DNA of 64,000 bases, from positions 111,788,001 to 111,852,000 of the forward strand of contig NC_086108.1 in the NCBI RefSeq assembly GCF_963921235.1, in the 5' to 3' direction. This DNA is from Mobula hypostoma (lineage: Eukaryota). Position numbers and translations under genes: made by a program. Positions 27,901 through 42,900 of the stretch are shown one piece after another (the first letter of the stretch is position 1; each line of letters starts with the position of its first letter). The notes below the pieces were generated by a model. It was not told the DNA's origin, made no database searches, and was given only the letters and a program-made list of their open reading frames with translations.

Positions 27901-30900
27901 CCACATTCTTATTCTGGCAGGACTCTGGCCCTTTCTTAGCCCAGTATGCTGGGAATGAATCATCTAACGTTTCCCCTGCGAGCAGGATCAGTGCCGTAAG
28001 GATCCTCAGTAGCGGTAACATTAGCATTAATGGCGGCCCGGTGGTTGTGAGGCTTCTGTAGTCGGGAATCCCAAAGTCATGCCCTCTGCCTCTTCAACGT
28101 TAGCTGCTGACTGTGGCAAGGACGGTGGTCCCGTGCTAACGTTGGTGCTAGCGCTAGCTGTTGAACAAGTCTCCATTTGTCCACCGGTCTCAGACTGTGA
28201 CAAGAGCAATGGTACTGCTCCATTATCAAGAAAAGGTTTAAAAAGTTCTGTCAATTTCCCCCTCCCCTTCCGACTTTCAAATCTCTTACTATCTCTTCTT
28301 TCAGTTGGTCCTGACAAAGGGTCCCGGCCCGAAACGTCGACTGTACCTCTTCCTTTAGATGCTGTTTGGCCTGCTGCGTTCACCAGCAGTTTTTGTGTGT
28401 GTTGCTGTCAACTTCAACATCTTTTTTAATACTTCTTTTTCACAGTCCTCTTTTTCTTGTTTCTTTTTTCTTTTCTGATTCATTCTCGGTTTTTTTTTGT
28501 CTGCCATGCTGATAGCTACCTATTTTGGGCCCCTCTGCATCTCTGGCCCCTGGGCTGCAGCCCAGCCTAGCCCTGCCTAAAGTTCGGGCCCTGGTGGGAA
28601 GGGACTGAACCAAGGGGGATGGAATGGAATGGAATCAAAATATGAGGACACGAGTTCAGTCAGGCAGGAGTTTGCAAAAGCAACAGGCCTTCCCGGACAG
28701 TCTGATTTGTGGATTCTGTGTAGGAGGGAGAAGCGAGCAGTATGGGGTAAGGGTAAGGGAACTATGAGTTTGGCAGCAGTGATTGGGAGTTCACCGGAGC
28801 TAATGAGGTCAGTTACGAAATATAGCCACTGTGTGCCTTCTTTGTAACTGCATCAATATGTTGGGCCCACATTACGTTCTCAGAGATATTGACACACAGG
28901 GATTTGAAAATGCTCACCCTTTTCACTTCTGATCCACCTTTGAGGACTGGTAGCACTCAAGTCTGGCAACCCAGGGCTGCACTAGAAAACCAGGTATGAC
29001 TTGCGGAGGGCTATTTCAAGGGTGAAGAGACAATTTCGAATGAAGTTGGAGGTGACATCGGATGCACGGCAACTCTGGCAGGGTTTGCAAGAGATTACTT
29101 CCTACAAACCAAAACCCAATAGCATGAATGGCAGTGGTGATGTTTCACTACCAGATGAACTCAACGCCTTCTATGCCCACTTTGAAAGGGAAAATATAAC
29201 TACAGCTGTGAAGATCCCTGCTGCACCCAGTAACCCTGTGATCTCTGTCTCGGAGGTCAATGTTTGGCTGTCTTTAAAGAGATTGAACCCTAGCAAGGCG
29301 GAAGGTCCCGATGGAGTACCTGGTAAGGTTCTGAAAACTGGTGCCAACCAACTAGCGGGAGTATTCAGAGACATTTTCAACCTCTCACTGCTACGGGCGC
29401 AAGTTCCCACTTCCTTCAAAAAGGCAACAATTATACCAGGGCTTAAGAAGAATAATGTGAACTGCCTTAGTGACAATCGCCAGTGATGAAGTGCTTTGAG
29501 AGGTTGGTCATGACTAGACTGAACTCCTGCCTCAGCAAGGACCTGGACCCATTGCAATTTGCCTATCATCACAATAGATCAACGGCAGATGCAATCTCAA
29601 TGGTTCTTCACACGGCCTTAGACCACCTGGACAATACAAACACCTATGTCAGGATGCTGTTCATCGACTATAGCTCAGCATTTAACACCATCAGTCCCAC
29701 AATCCTGATTGAGAAGTTACAGAACCCGGGCCTCTGTACCTCCCTCTGCAATTGGATCCTCAACTTCCTAACCGGAAGACCACAATCTGTGCAGATTGGT
29801 GATAATATCTCCTCCTCACTGACAATCAACACTGGCACACCTCAGGGGTGTGTGCTTAGCCTACTGCTCTACTCTCTCTATATACCCATGACTGTGTGAC
29901 TAGGCATAGCTCAAATACCATCTACAAATTTGCTGACGATACAACCATTGTTCATAGAATCTCAGGTGGTGACGAGTGGGCGTACAGGAGTGAGATATGC
30001 CAACTAGTGGAGTGGTGCTGCAGCAACAACCTGGCACTCAACGTCAGTAAGACGAAAGAGCTGATTGTGGATTCAGGAAGGATAAGACGAAGGAACACAT
30101 ACCAATCCTCATAGAGGGATCAGAAGTGGAGAGAGTGAGCAGCTTCAAGCTCCTGGGTGTCAAGATCTCTGAGGACCTAACCTAGTCCCAACATATCGAT
30201 GCAACTAAAAAGACAAGATAGCAACTACATTAAAAGTTTGAGATTTGGTATGTCAACAAAAACACTTAAAAATTTCTATAGATGTACCGTGGAGAGCATT
30301 CTGACAGGCTGCATCACTGGCTGGTATGGAGGGGCTACTGCACAGGACTGAAAGAAGCTGCAGAGGGTTGTAAATTCTTGCCTACAAGCCTACAAAGTAC
30401 CCAGGACATCTTCAAGGAGCGGTGTCTCAGAAAGGCAGCATCCATTATTAAGGACCTCCAGCACCCAGGGCATGCCCTTTTCTCACTGTTACCATCAGGC
30501 AGGAGATACAGAAGCCAGAAGGCACACACACAGCGATTCAGGAACAGTTTCTTCCCCTCTGCCATCCGATTTCTAAATGGACATTGAACCTGTGAACACT
30601 ACCTCACTTTTTAAATATATATAATTTCTGTTTTTGCATGATTTTTAATCTATTCAATATACATATACTGTAATTGATTTACTTATTTATATTTTTCTTT
30701 TATATTATGTATTGCATTGAACTGCAGCTGCTAAGTTAACAAATTTCACATCACATGCCGGTGACAATAAACCTGATTCTGATTCTCCTGGTGTGTGTTC
30801 GCTCGTCTTGCCCTTCCTAAAGTCTGCAATCAATTCTTTAGTCTTACTGATGTTGAGTGCAAGGTTGGTTTTGCAACACCACTCCACTAGCAGATCTATC

Positions 30901-33900
30901 TCACTCCTGTATGCCCTCTCATCAGCATCTGAACTTCTGCCAATGATACTTGAGTTGTCAGCAAATTTATAGATGGCATTTGAGCTGAGAACAAAATGCT
31001 TGTTACTTTGGATCCAACAGAACGTAAAAAACACAGTAAGCATAAAAACACCACAAATATAAATTCAAAAGCAATCCTATTAAACACAATGTACTAGTGA
31101 CTGTTGAATGTGGGTGTACATATGATAGCTTATATACATAAATTCATTGTCTGTCCGTAAGGTGACGTTAGGCACATGAGTGTCTATACATAAGGTGACT
31201 CTGACAGGAAATGATAAAGTAGTGGTGGTTGGGGGTGTGGAGGGGTGGGTTAGTGGGTGGGGGTGTTGATCAGCCTCACTGCTTGGGGAGAGTAACTGTG
31301 TTTGAGTCTGGTGTTCCTGGTATGGATGCCACGTAGCCTCCTCCCCGATGGGAGTGGGACAAACAGTCCGGGAGTGAGGTGAGTGAGGTCGCTCATGATG
31401 TTACTGGCTCTTTGCTGGCAGTTTATATATATGTAACCCTCGGTTCAGCTAGCGGCTTAATCTAAGGGATGATAGCCCCTGGCCCGGCCAAACTTAAGAA
31501 ATCTTGTTTAGGTGGATGCTGTGCGATGTGTCCTCTGTTATAAATCAGTACCGTGAAATAACAAACAGTACTCAATATACAATTAAATGATTGAGCTTCA
31601 TAATTCTTAATTTGACTATATCGTTAGTAAAGAAACAGAAAAGAAAGAAAAGGGCCCATTCTCATGAAACAGTCTGTTGCACAAAGTTGGAGCTCGCTGA
31701 TAAGCCGTTCGTCCACCATTGACCTCCTCCGATCGTCGCTGACCTCGGACCCTCGCTCCAAGTCCATCCCGTCTGGTGGTCTCCCAACTCTCTCCATTCC
31801 CGTCTTCTCTCCTCATCTCTCCCCGGCAAAAGACCACGAAATCCCTGCTCCCAGACCCACAAGAGAGAACAACATCTCTCTCATTGGATAGCTCCACATT
31901 CCAAAGCCCTGTTATCTCTTGTCATAACCCAAACATTGCTGCTACAGAGAAACCATTACATTAGCAGTGAAACCTTACAGCACATTACGTATACATAGAT
32001 ATATGTCCTTGATGGCATTGTTTTGTGCTTTTTCTCCAGGATGGAGAAGTTACTTATGTAGACTGGCAAGTGGAGAGGGACATGGACACTGGAAAAATGA
32101 CCAGTAAGTGAACCACTTTCTCGTGAAATCACTGGTCTAATGCTCTCACTATGCATATGTACACAGCTATGCAGTGAGCTAAACAACTGAAAAATCACCT
32201 GAGATGGAAGCTTTCTTCAGGGTTTTTATGAGTTCTCTTTTCTGTTAAACTGCAGACAGTTAAGTAAAATATATATTAAATTCAATACAGAATTATTGCA
32301 CACCTCAATACACTAATACTATTGATAATTCTCACAACTGCTGTTGATACAACCATTCTCACACATACGCAACACTCCATAACTATGCTGAGTAAACTTG
32401 TGGTGCAATGTAACATATCAATTCAATGTTTGCCAGTAACTTTAGACTCACAGATATTGCTATTTCAAGACGTGTCTTTCCACTGTTCACTGCAAATTAA
32501 ATAAATCTAACCCATGCAGGAAATGATATAAAAAAACAGCTTGTGTATAGGAAGTGATGTTTATACAAGATGAGTTGTACCTCTAGAAGCAGGATAATGG
32601 GAAGTGATTTTTTTGTGTCCTGCACAGTGGTTGTCCAGTGAATAATGTTGGTAACGCAATAAACATAAGGGATTCTACAGATGCCGGAAATCCAGAGCAA
32701 CACACACAAAAAGCTGGAGGAGTCTTCCTGCCGTCTTAACACATCCACACATCATTCTGTGCTACTTCTACCACCTTCAGTGGGATCCTACTGCCAAACA
32801 CATCTTTATCTCCAGCCCTCCTCACTCTCTGTTTTCCACAGGATTGCTCCCTCCATAATCCGCTTGTCCCTCCCCGCTAATTTCCTTCCTGGCATATATC
32901 CCTGCAAGTGACATCTGCCCATTTACCTCTTCCATCACCTCCATTCAGAGCCCCAAACAGTTCTTCCAGGTGAGGCAGCACTTCACCTGTGAATCTGATG
33001 GTGTCATCTATTGTACCCGATGTTCCCAATGCGGCCTCCACTACATTGGTGAAACCTGACGTAACTTGGGGCACCTGCACTCGATCTGTCAAAAGCAGTA
33101 TTTCCCGGTAGCCAACCATTTTAATTCCTCTCCCCATTCCCCTTCCAACATGTCGGTTCATGGCTTCTTCTGCCAAGATGAGGCCACTCTCAGGGTGGAG
33201 GAGCAACACCTCATATTCCATCTGGGTATCCTCCAATCTGATGGCATGAACATCAATTTTTTCCAGTAATTTTTTCTCTCCCCCTTCTCTTTTCTTCTAT
33301 TCCCACTCTGGCCTCTTACCTTTCCTCCTCATCTGTCCGTTCCCTCTCCCCTGATGTCACTCCTCCTTGCCTTTCTCCCCGGTCAACTCTCCTCCCCTAC
33401 CAGATTCCTTCTTCTCCAGCCCTTAACCTTTCTCATCCATCTGGCTTCTCCTATCACCTTCTAGTTGTCCTCCTTCCCCTCCCCCACCTTTTTATTCTGC
33501 CTTATTCACCCTTCTTTTCCAGTCCTGACGAAGGGTATGATGCCTGATTTGTTGACGGTGCCTGTCCTGCTGAGTTCCTTCAGCATTTTGTGTGTGTTGT
33601 TCTGGATTTCCAGCATCTGCAGAATCTCTTGTATTTAACATCAGCTGAGGTCAAAAGTCCTCTGCAGATCCACACAAGGTAACAACTGTGTCCTGGAAAG
33701 GACTTTGGCTGCTCTGAAGCACCTGAAAGACGGCCTGAGGCTGTGAAAGATGCAACTGAAATCCACATTTTTTCATTTTATTTATTAGATGTTTAATATG
33801 GACCGTGGATGTTGACCCAAAATATCAGAGGTAGAATCAGAATTGTAATCTAAATCAGAATGAGGTTGATTATCACTGCCATATGTCATAAAACTTGGTG

Positions 33901-36900
33901 TATTGCGGCAGCAGTCTACTGCAATACGTAAAAATTACTACAATTCACAATCTAAATGAATAATGTTGACAAAAAGATGTTGTGAGGTTGTGTACATGGG
34001 TTCATTGTTCAGAAATCAGATGGCAGAGGGGAAGAAGCTGTTTCTGAAATATTGAGTGTGTGTCTTCAGTTTCCTGGACCTCCTCCCTGATGGTAGCAAT
34101 GAGAAGAGGGCATGTCCTGGGTGTTGGGGGTCTTGGATGATAGATGCCACCCTCTTGGGGCCTTGCCTTCTGAAGGTGTCCTCAGTGCTGGGGGAGAGTT
34201 GTGACTGTGATGGAGTTAACATAGTAACACTGAAAACCTACAGCACAGTACAGGCCCTTCGGCCCACAAAGCTGTGCCGAACATGTCCTTACCTTAGAAA
34301 TTACCTAGGGTTACCCATAGCCCTCTATTTTTCTGAGCTCCATGTACCTGTCCAGGAGTCTCTTAAAATACCCTATCGTACCTGCCTCCACCACTGTCGC
34401 CGGCAACCCATTCCATGCACTCACCACTCTCTGTGTAAAAAAACTTACCCCTGACTTCTTTTCTGTACCTACTTCCAAGCACCTTAAAACTGTGCCCTCT
34501 CGTGCTAGCCATTCCAGCCCTGGGGAGAAGCCTCTGACTATCCACGCGATCAATGCCTCTCACAAGAAGTTGGCTGAGTTTGCAACTCTCTGCAACTTCT
34601 TGTGATCCTGTGCATTGGAGCCCCAATTCCAGAAAATTCTCACCTGAAAACAAAATTGTGCTGCAATTCTCCTTGTCTGGAAGTGTTGAAATTCCATTTG
34701 ACAATATCCCCCTCCACAGTAAAGGGATGGCAATTCAGTTCAGGCTGGAATTTGGAGATTTTTATCTAATTCTGACCCTAGTTGCTTTCACAAGTGTCCA
34801 ACGTACAGGGTCGGACCTGTACCAACTCTGAGATGTCTGATGCAGGCTTGCTGCATGAACTTGGCGGTGCTGAATTCTAACTGTTTGTGTCACTGCCTGG
34901 ATCAGAAAAAGCTGCAGAGGATTGTAAACTCAGCCAGCTTCAACACGGGTACCAGCAAGTTCTTTTCTGCATTCTTTCCAGTTAATCACATCTTCCCTAT
35001 AGTAGGGTGACCAAAACTGAACATAATACTCCAAGTGCAGCCCACAGGTGTCCTGTACAACCACACCACAACCTTCGAACTTCTGTACTCAGTGGGAGTA
35101 CATAGACTGAAAGGAAAGGTGAGAGTGGAAAATGATCAGCCTGGGAGGGAGTCCTGCATTTCTGAGGCAGCAGGATATGAAGACAATCAATGGGAGAGGA
35201 GCTGGTTTATGTGCTGGACCGGGCTGTGTCCACATCTCTCTGGGCAGCTGAAGAATTAATGTAAACCTTTCCATGTATATATTGACCGGTGTGACAGACT
35301 GCTCCTGTTCCGGTTTCTTGGTGTCTGACATAGCTTCTGGTATATGTTCCCATGACAGCCCCAAAACCCACCCACTGCTACGCTGTTCACGACGGGCCTG
35401 TGAACACCGTGCAAAGATCGCCCTTCTTCAGGGATATCATCCTAACTGTCGGAGGATGGACAGTTGCAGTTTGGAAGGAAGGGGCCACCGTGAGTATCTG
35501 CTGGCTGACTCAAAGTCAATCGCAAATGTTTTCTGCACATCCAAATGCTTCTCACTTCTCAACGCCACAACTCCTCACCATTGTGACTTCCTTTCAAGGC
35601 TCAGCCAGTATGTATTAAGATTTTTTTTCTGTGAACGCAGATCCATAATTCTTTGAAGTGGCATCACAGGTAGATAGGGCCATAAAGAGAGCTTTTGGCA
35701 TGTTGGCCTTCGTAAATCAATGTAATGAGTACAGGAGTTGGGATGTTATGATAAAGTTGTATAAGACATTGGTGAGAATTGTGTACAGTTCTGGTCGACA
35801 GGAAAGATGTAAGACAGCAGAGAAAATTTACAAGGATGTTGCCAGAACTTAAGAACCTCAGTTGTAGGAAAAGGTTGAATAGGTTAGGACATTTATTCCC
35901 TAGAGTGTAGGAGAATGAGGGAAGATCTGATAGAAGTGTATACACTAGATTATGGAATAGTTCTGGAGAGCGTCCCTTCAGAACAGAGATAAGGAGGAAT
36001 TTCTTTAGCCAGAGGGCGGTGAATCCATGAAAGCCATTGCCACAGATGGCTGTGAAGTCCATCTCACTGAGTATTTAAAGCGGAGGTTAATAGGTTTTTG
36101 ATTAGTCAGGACGTCAATGGTTACAGGGAGATGGCAGAACAATGGGGTTGAAAGGGATTACAACTCAGCCATGATGGAATGGTGGATCAGGTTCAATAGG
36201 CTGATTGGCCTAATTCTGCTCCTGTGGGTTATGGTGTTCTGAGCTTATACAGTATATATTTGATAGGGTAAATGCAGAAAATCTTTTTCCAGTGAGGTTG
36301 GGTGAGGCCAGAACTAGAGATCATAGGTCAAAGGTGAGAGGTGAAATACTTGAAGAGGAACTTAAGGGGGAATTTCTTCACTCTGAGGGTGGTTTGAGTG
36401 TGGAACAAGCTGCCAATGGAGGTGGTGAATGCAGGTTTGATTTTAGCATTTAAGAGCAGTTGGGACAGGTACATGGATGGGAGGGAAATGGGCAGCTCTG
36501 GTCCAGTTGCAGTTCAATAGGACTAAGCGGAAAAATAGTTTGGTATGTTACTGTGCTGCAGTACTTTATGATTCTATTCCTGTACACGTGTCATGTATCA
36601 GTGTCTCTGTAGGGTCTTTACACGAGGTCAAGTGTAAGGGGAATGCATACCATTATTGGCAGATACTGACATGGATAAAACGATGGCTGACAGGCAGGAG
36701 GTTGTCAGTGGGAATAAAAGGGGCCTTTTCTGGTTTACTGCCAGTGACTAGTGATGTTCTTCAAGGGTCAGTATTGGAACCGCTACTTTTCATATTGTTT
36801 GTCAATGATTTAGAAAATGGAATTGATGGCTTTGTGGCAAAGTTTGTGGACGATACGAAGATAGGTGGAGGGGTAGGTAGTGCTGAGGAATAAACAGGAC

Positions 36901-39900
36901 CTTTTCAGAATGGCAGGCGGTGACTAGTGGGGTACCGCAAGGCTCAGTGCTGGGACCCCAGTTGTTTACAATATATATTAATGACTTGGATGAGGGAATT
37001 AAATGCAGCATCTCCAAGTTTGCGGATGACACGAAGCTGGGTGGCAGTGTTAGCAGTGAGGAGGATGCTAAGAGGATGCAGGGTGACTTGGATAGGTTGG
37101 GTGAGTGGGCAAATTCATGGCAGATGCAATTTAATGTGGATAAATGTGAAGTTATCCACTTTGGTGGCAAAAATAGGAAAACAGATTATTATCTGAATGG
37201 TGGCCGATTAGGAAAAGGGGAGGTGCAACGAGACCTGGGTGTCATTATACACCAGTCATTGAAAGTGGGCATGCAAGTACAGCAGGCGGTGAAAAAGGCG
37301 AATGGTATGCTGGCATTTATAGCGAGAGGATTCGAGTACAGGAGCAGGGAGGTACTACTGCAGTTGTACAAGGCCTTGATGAGACCACACCTGGAGTATT
37401 GTGTGCAGTTTTGGTCCCCTAATCTGAGGAAAGACATCTTTGCCATAGAGGGAGTACAAAGAAGGTTCACCAGATTGATTCCTGGGATGGCGGGACTTTC
37501 ATATGAAGAAAGACTGGATGAATTGGGCTTGTACTCGTTGGAATTTAGAAGATTGAGGGGGGATCTGATTGAAACGTATAAGATCCTAAAGGGATTGGAC
37601 AGGCTGGATGCAGGAAGATTGTTCCCGATGTTGGGGAAGTCCAGAACGAGGGGTCACAGTTTGAGGATAGAGGGGAAGCCTTTTCGGACCGAGATGAGGA
37701 AAAACTTCTTCACACAGAGAGTGGTGAATCTGTGGAATTCTCTGCCACAGGAAACTGTTGAGGCCAGTTCATTGGCTATATTTAAGAGGGAGTTAGATAT
37801 GGCCCTTGTGGCTACGGGGGTCAGGGGGTATGGAGGGAAGGCTGGGGCGGGGTTCTGAGTTGGATGATCAGCCATGATCATAATAAATGGCGGTGCAGGC
37901 TCGAAGGGCCGAATGGCCTACTCCTGCACCTATTTTCTATGTTTCTATGTTTGCAGCAGGACTTCGACAAATTGGAAGAATGGACAAAGAAGTGGCAGAT
38001 GGAATACATTGTTGGGAAATGTATTTTGGTAAAAGGAACAGTAGTGCGGACTATTATCTAAATGGGGAGAATGTTCAAAAATCAGAGGTGTAGAGAGACT
38101 CAAGGCTGATTTATACTTGTGCGTCAAATCGACGCCGTAGGTACTGCGCAGCCGCGAACCCTATGCAGTGCCTACGCGAATCCCTACACCGTAGCCTGAC
38201 GCGCACCTCTCCCAAAATGTAACTACGCATTGCGGCAACGCAGACCGCAACAGCTGTGATTGGTCTGCTTGGTAGCATCGCATTTCCTCCTACGTTGCAA
38301 TAGCTTCCCATTGGGCGACTGAAGGGCAGGGAAGGAACTCTGACTGCAATGTTTTCCATAAAGCTTTACAGACCTCCGAAATTATGGAGGACACATTTCA
38401 CTTTTACAAAAAAAAGATGCTCACTTTAAGCTTGTTTACCCCGAGAAAGACTACCATGACCATGAAGCCTTGCACGGGCAGGTGTGTGCACATGTGTTAC
38501 GTGCGTGAATTGCAGAGCGATGCAGATACACCAATGCACAAGTATAAATGCTCACAACAGCGTTGCCCACTTGCGTAGGCTACAGCGCAAGCTAGTATGC
38601 ACAAGTATAAATCAGCCTTTAGGAGTCCTCATGCAAGACTCCCAGAAGGTTAACTTACAGGTTGAATCTGTGGTAAAGAAGGCAAATGGAATGTTGGCAT
38701 TTATTTCAAGGAGAATAGAATATAAAAGCAAGGAGATAATGCTGAGGCTTTATAAGACACTAATTAGGCCATACTTGGAGTCAACAGTTTTGGCCCCATA
38801 TCTCAAAAATACTTTGTTTTCAATGGAGAGAGTCCACAGGAGGTTCACAAGGATGATTCCGGGAATGAAGGAGTTAACATATGAGGAGTGTTTGGCAGCT
38901 TTGGGCCTGTACTCACTGGAATTTAGAAGAATGCGGGGGATCTCATTGAAACCTACCAAATGTTGAAATGACTAGATAGGGTGGATGTGGAGAGGATGTT
39001 TCCCGGAGTGGAGATATACAAAACTAGAGTGCACAGCCTCAAAACTTATGGGTGACTTTTTAGAACAGAGGTAAGGAGGACTTTTTTTTAACCAGAGAGT
39101 TGTGAATCTGTGGAATGCTCTGCCACAGACTCTGGTGAAGGTGAAGTCCATGGGTATACTTAAGCAGAAGTTGATAGTTTCCTGATTGGTCAGGGCATCA
39201 AAGGATATGGTGAGAAGGCAGGTGTATGGGGTTGAGTGGGATCTGGGATCAACCATCATGGAATGGCAGAGCAGACTCGATGGGCTGAATGGCCTAATTC
39301 TGCTGCTATGTTTTATGGTCTTATGGACCCTTAACAGCACTGACGCACAGAGGGAACTCCAGGTCCAAGTTCACTGTTTGCTGAAAGTGACCACACAGTG
39401 TATAGTAAAGTACAGGCCCTTCAGCCCACAATGCTATGCCCACCTTCCCTTCCCTCCCACATAGCCCTCCATTTTTCTATCATCCGTGCGCCTATCTGAG
39501 AGTCTCTTGTGTCCTTATGAAGGGTCTCAGCCAAAAACTTCGACTGTTTGTTCCCCTCCATAGACACTGCCTTACCTGCCATTATGTGTGTGTTGCTCTG
39601 GATTTCCAGCATCTGCAGAGTCTCTTTGTTCTTAAATTGCTCTAATGTATCTGCTTCTACCACCACCCCTGGCACTGTGTTTCATGCACCTCTCTATCTC
39701 TGTGTAAAAAAAATTACCTCTGAACTCCCCCTGTACTTTCCTCAAATCAAGTTCAAATTCCTTTCATTCAAAATCAAGTCATTCCTGCCTGTGGCCATTA
39801 AACTTTACAACTCCTCCCTTGGAGGGTCAGACACCCTGAGCTAAGAGACTGGTCCTGGACTTATTTCCTGGCATAATTTACATATTACTATTTAATTATT

Positions 39901-42900
39901 TATGGTTTTATTACTATTTAATTATTTATGGTGCAACTGTAACAAAAAACAATTTCCCTCGGGATCAATAAAGTATGACTATGACTAAATTCATTGTCAT
40001 CTGACTGTACACATAAACAACTAAACAAAACAACGTTCCTCCAGACAATGGTGCACCCATGAAACATATATCACACACAGCACATAAACCAAAATGTTAC
40101 CATCAATAAAATATAATTAAAACTCATGTAGTGCGCAGGGTATCCATTAGTCTCACAGCCTGAGGAAAGAAGCTGTTACCCAGTCTGACAGTCCTAGTCC
40201 TGATGCTCCTGTACCTCCTTCCTGATGGTCGTGGGTCAGAGAGATTGTGTGATGTGTGGTAGGGATCCTCAACAATGCTTCAGGTCCTTTGTATACAGCA
40301 TTCTCATTAAATGTCACAAATGGGGGGAGGGAGACCCCGAGAAGTGAGATCACCTTAAAATTACAACCCCCTCACATTAGCCATTTCCACCCTGGGGAAA
40401 AAAGTCTCTTGCTGTCCAGTCGATCTATGTCTCATCTCATCTTGTACACCTCTATCAAGCCATCTCTCATCCTCCTTCCCTCCAAAGAGAAAAGCCCAAG
40501 CTCACTCAACCTATCCTCATAAGCCATGCTCTCTAATCCAGGCAGCATCCAGGTTGTGTAATGAAGAAGGCATGTGGTGTGTTTGCTTTTATTGGTCAGG
40601 GCACTGAGTATTAGACTCAGGAATTCAACTGTGTAAATCTCGATTAGGTCACACTTGGGGGATTGAATTTATTTTTGGTCACCCCATTATGGGAAGGATT
40701 TGGTGAGGGTACAAGAAGTTTCACCAGGGTGCCACCTGGACTTGAGAGCATGAGCGGTAAGGCGAGGTTGGACAAACATGGATCGTTTTCTCTGGAGCGT
40801 CAGATGCTGACGGGAGATACATGATCTCAGATCCCGACAATAAATCAGACTCACCTCTTACGCATCACAGGTCGGACCTCTCCTGCACTCAGCCTGCAGG
40901 GACAGACGCTGCACCACGGGGCACTGGTCCCTCTCCAGACCTGGCGTCTTTGTCATTGGGAAAGAAGACGGCAACATCGATATCTGGGATTTACTGGAAA
41001 AGACACATGAGCCTTTGCAGACACAGAACATTTCATCTGTCCCAATCAGTTGTATGAAGCCTTGCATTGTGTCACGTGAGTATGTGGGGTGGAAAACTGG
41101 CCGGTACACTGTCACAGAGACAAGGTATGGAAATGGGTGCTTTAGCCCACCAATTCGGTGCTAATGTGGTGCCCCTGAAAAGGGGAGACAAATGAAACAT
41201 ACACTCTGTAATGTTCATGCATCAGTCATTTTATGGTGAATGAGTACCGTGTGCACTGCCCCTCCCCAGGCACTCTGGCAGGCAATCACATGCTGAAGGT
41301 TGAATGCCAGCCCTTACAGGTCAGTGGTGGAGTCTGTGCTCAATACTACAGTATTACAGAATACCCTGCCCACAGATTCTCAGAATTCTAACTAAATACG
41401 GTTGCACGTTTTCAAAGTTTTTATCCTCACCTTGAAATGATATTCACATTAAATAAATTATTTTAATTCTTTTTAAAAATATATTTTGAACTATTATTTA
41501 TAACTAAATTGAACAGATTTCAACCTTGTCACACTAACTCTTACTCCAAGTACTCCACCTGCATTCAAGGCCCCATACAGTCCTTCCAGGTGAGGCAGCA
41601 CTTCACCTGTGAATCTGCTGGGGTCATCTATTGTGTCTGGTCCCCAGTGCTCCCAATGTGGCCTCATCTACATTGGTGAGACCCATTGTAAATTGGGGAA
41701 TCTCTTCATCCAGTACCTATGCACCATCCGCCACAAACGTGACTTCCCCATGGCCAAACATTTTAATTCCAATTCCCATTCCCATAGTCAACTGGTGGCG
41801 TAGAGGCATCAGTGCCGGACTTCGGAGCGAAGGATCCCGAGTTTGAATCCAGCCGGCTCCCTTGCACGCTTTCCATCCGCGCTGGATTGAGCATCGAGCT
41901 AGCAACTCGACTTCGTAAAATTAAAGCCTGCTAAAAAAAAACGCCGTCATGACAGCATCCCAATGACTCCACTCGGAGTTAAGGGCCGCCTTCCTCCTCT
42001 TCTTCTTCCTCCTCCTCCTCCTCTCAACCCCCCCCCCCCATTCCGACATGTTGATCCATGATCTCCTCTTGTGGCTATGCTGAGGGTGGAGGAGCAACAC
42101 CTGTCATTCCGTCTGGGTAGACTCCAACCTGATAGCATGAATATCAATTTCTGCTTCTAGTTAAATAAATTTTCCCTCCCCCTTCCTTCTGCTTTGGCCT
42201 CTCAACTCTCCTCACCTGCCTATCACTTCCTCCTGATCCCCTCTTCTTTCCTTTTCTCCTATGGTCTACCTTCCTTTACCTTCCCCACCCACCTGGCTTC
42301 ACCTGTCACCTTCTAGCTATCCTCCTTCCCCGCCCCCCCCCACCTTTTTTCTGGCATCTTCCCCCGTCCTTTCCCGTTCTGATGAAGGGTCTCAGCCTGT
42401 AACATCAATTGTTTATCCCCCTTCATAGATGCTGCCTGACTCGCTGAGTCACTCCAGCATTTTGTGTGTGTTGCTCAGGATTTCCAGCATCTGCAGAATC
42501 TCCCATGTTTGTGATATGCTGCTCCATACACTTTCCTTCGGCCCTCTCTGTGTGGAGTTTGCATGTTCTATCTGAGACAGCGTGGGTTTTCCCTCAGGTG
42601 CTCTGATTTCCTTCCACAGCCCAAAAAGGTTGGTGGGTTAATCAGCCACTGTCAATTGCCCTGGCATGTGGGTGAGGGGTGGGGAGGAATGGGATTGGGG
42701 TCAATGGGTGGGTGTTTGTTGGCATGGACTTGATGGGCCAAGGGGCCTTCTTTGAAGTGACTGGGACTGCAGGGGAAAGGGTCTTCTGTCCTTGTAGAGA
42801 ATGTCCATCGACTGGAGAGGACATTCTAGTTCTACTGATGGTACAATTTCATTGGTAGAGAGAACAGACTGAAGGGGCCAATTGGCCTCCTCCTCTCCCA

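Larger units (their letters stand above)
24724..28800 (-). mobile_element. Long decayed Penelope-like element (RT and GIY-YIG), interrupted by Rex and hAT insertions
   Basis: [12 protein letters not shown]...[10 protein letters not shown]...[19 protein letters not shown]...FLRATDD (26478-26894); endonuclease region at 24884-25330. Confidence 0.88.

Noticed and set aside
27548..28508. ZMYM1-like host gene
   Set aside because: Bounded by TIRs and an 8-bp TSD, frameshifted and interrupted; it is a hAT transposase remnant.
36920..37858. 312-aa RT ORF as a functional gene
   Set aside because: 5'-truncated CR1 ORF2 with no endonuclease or promoter.
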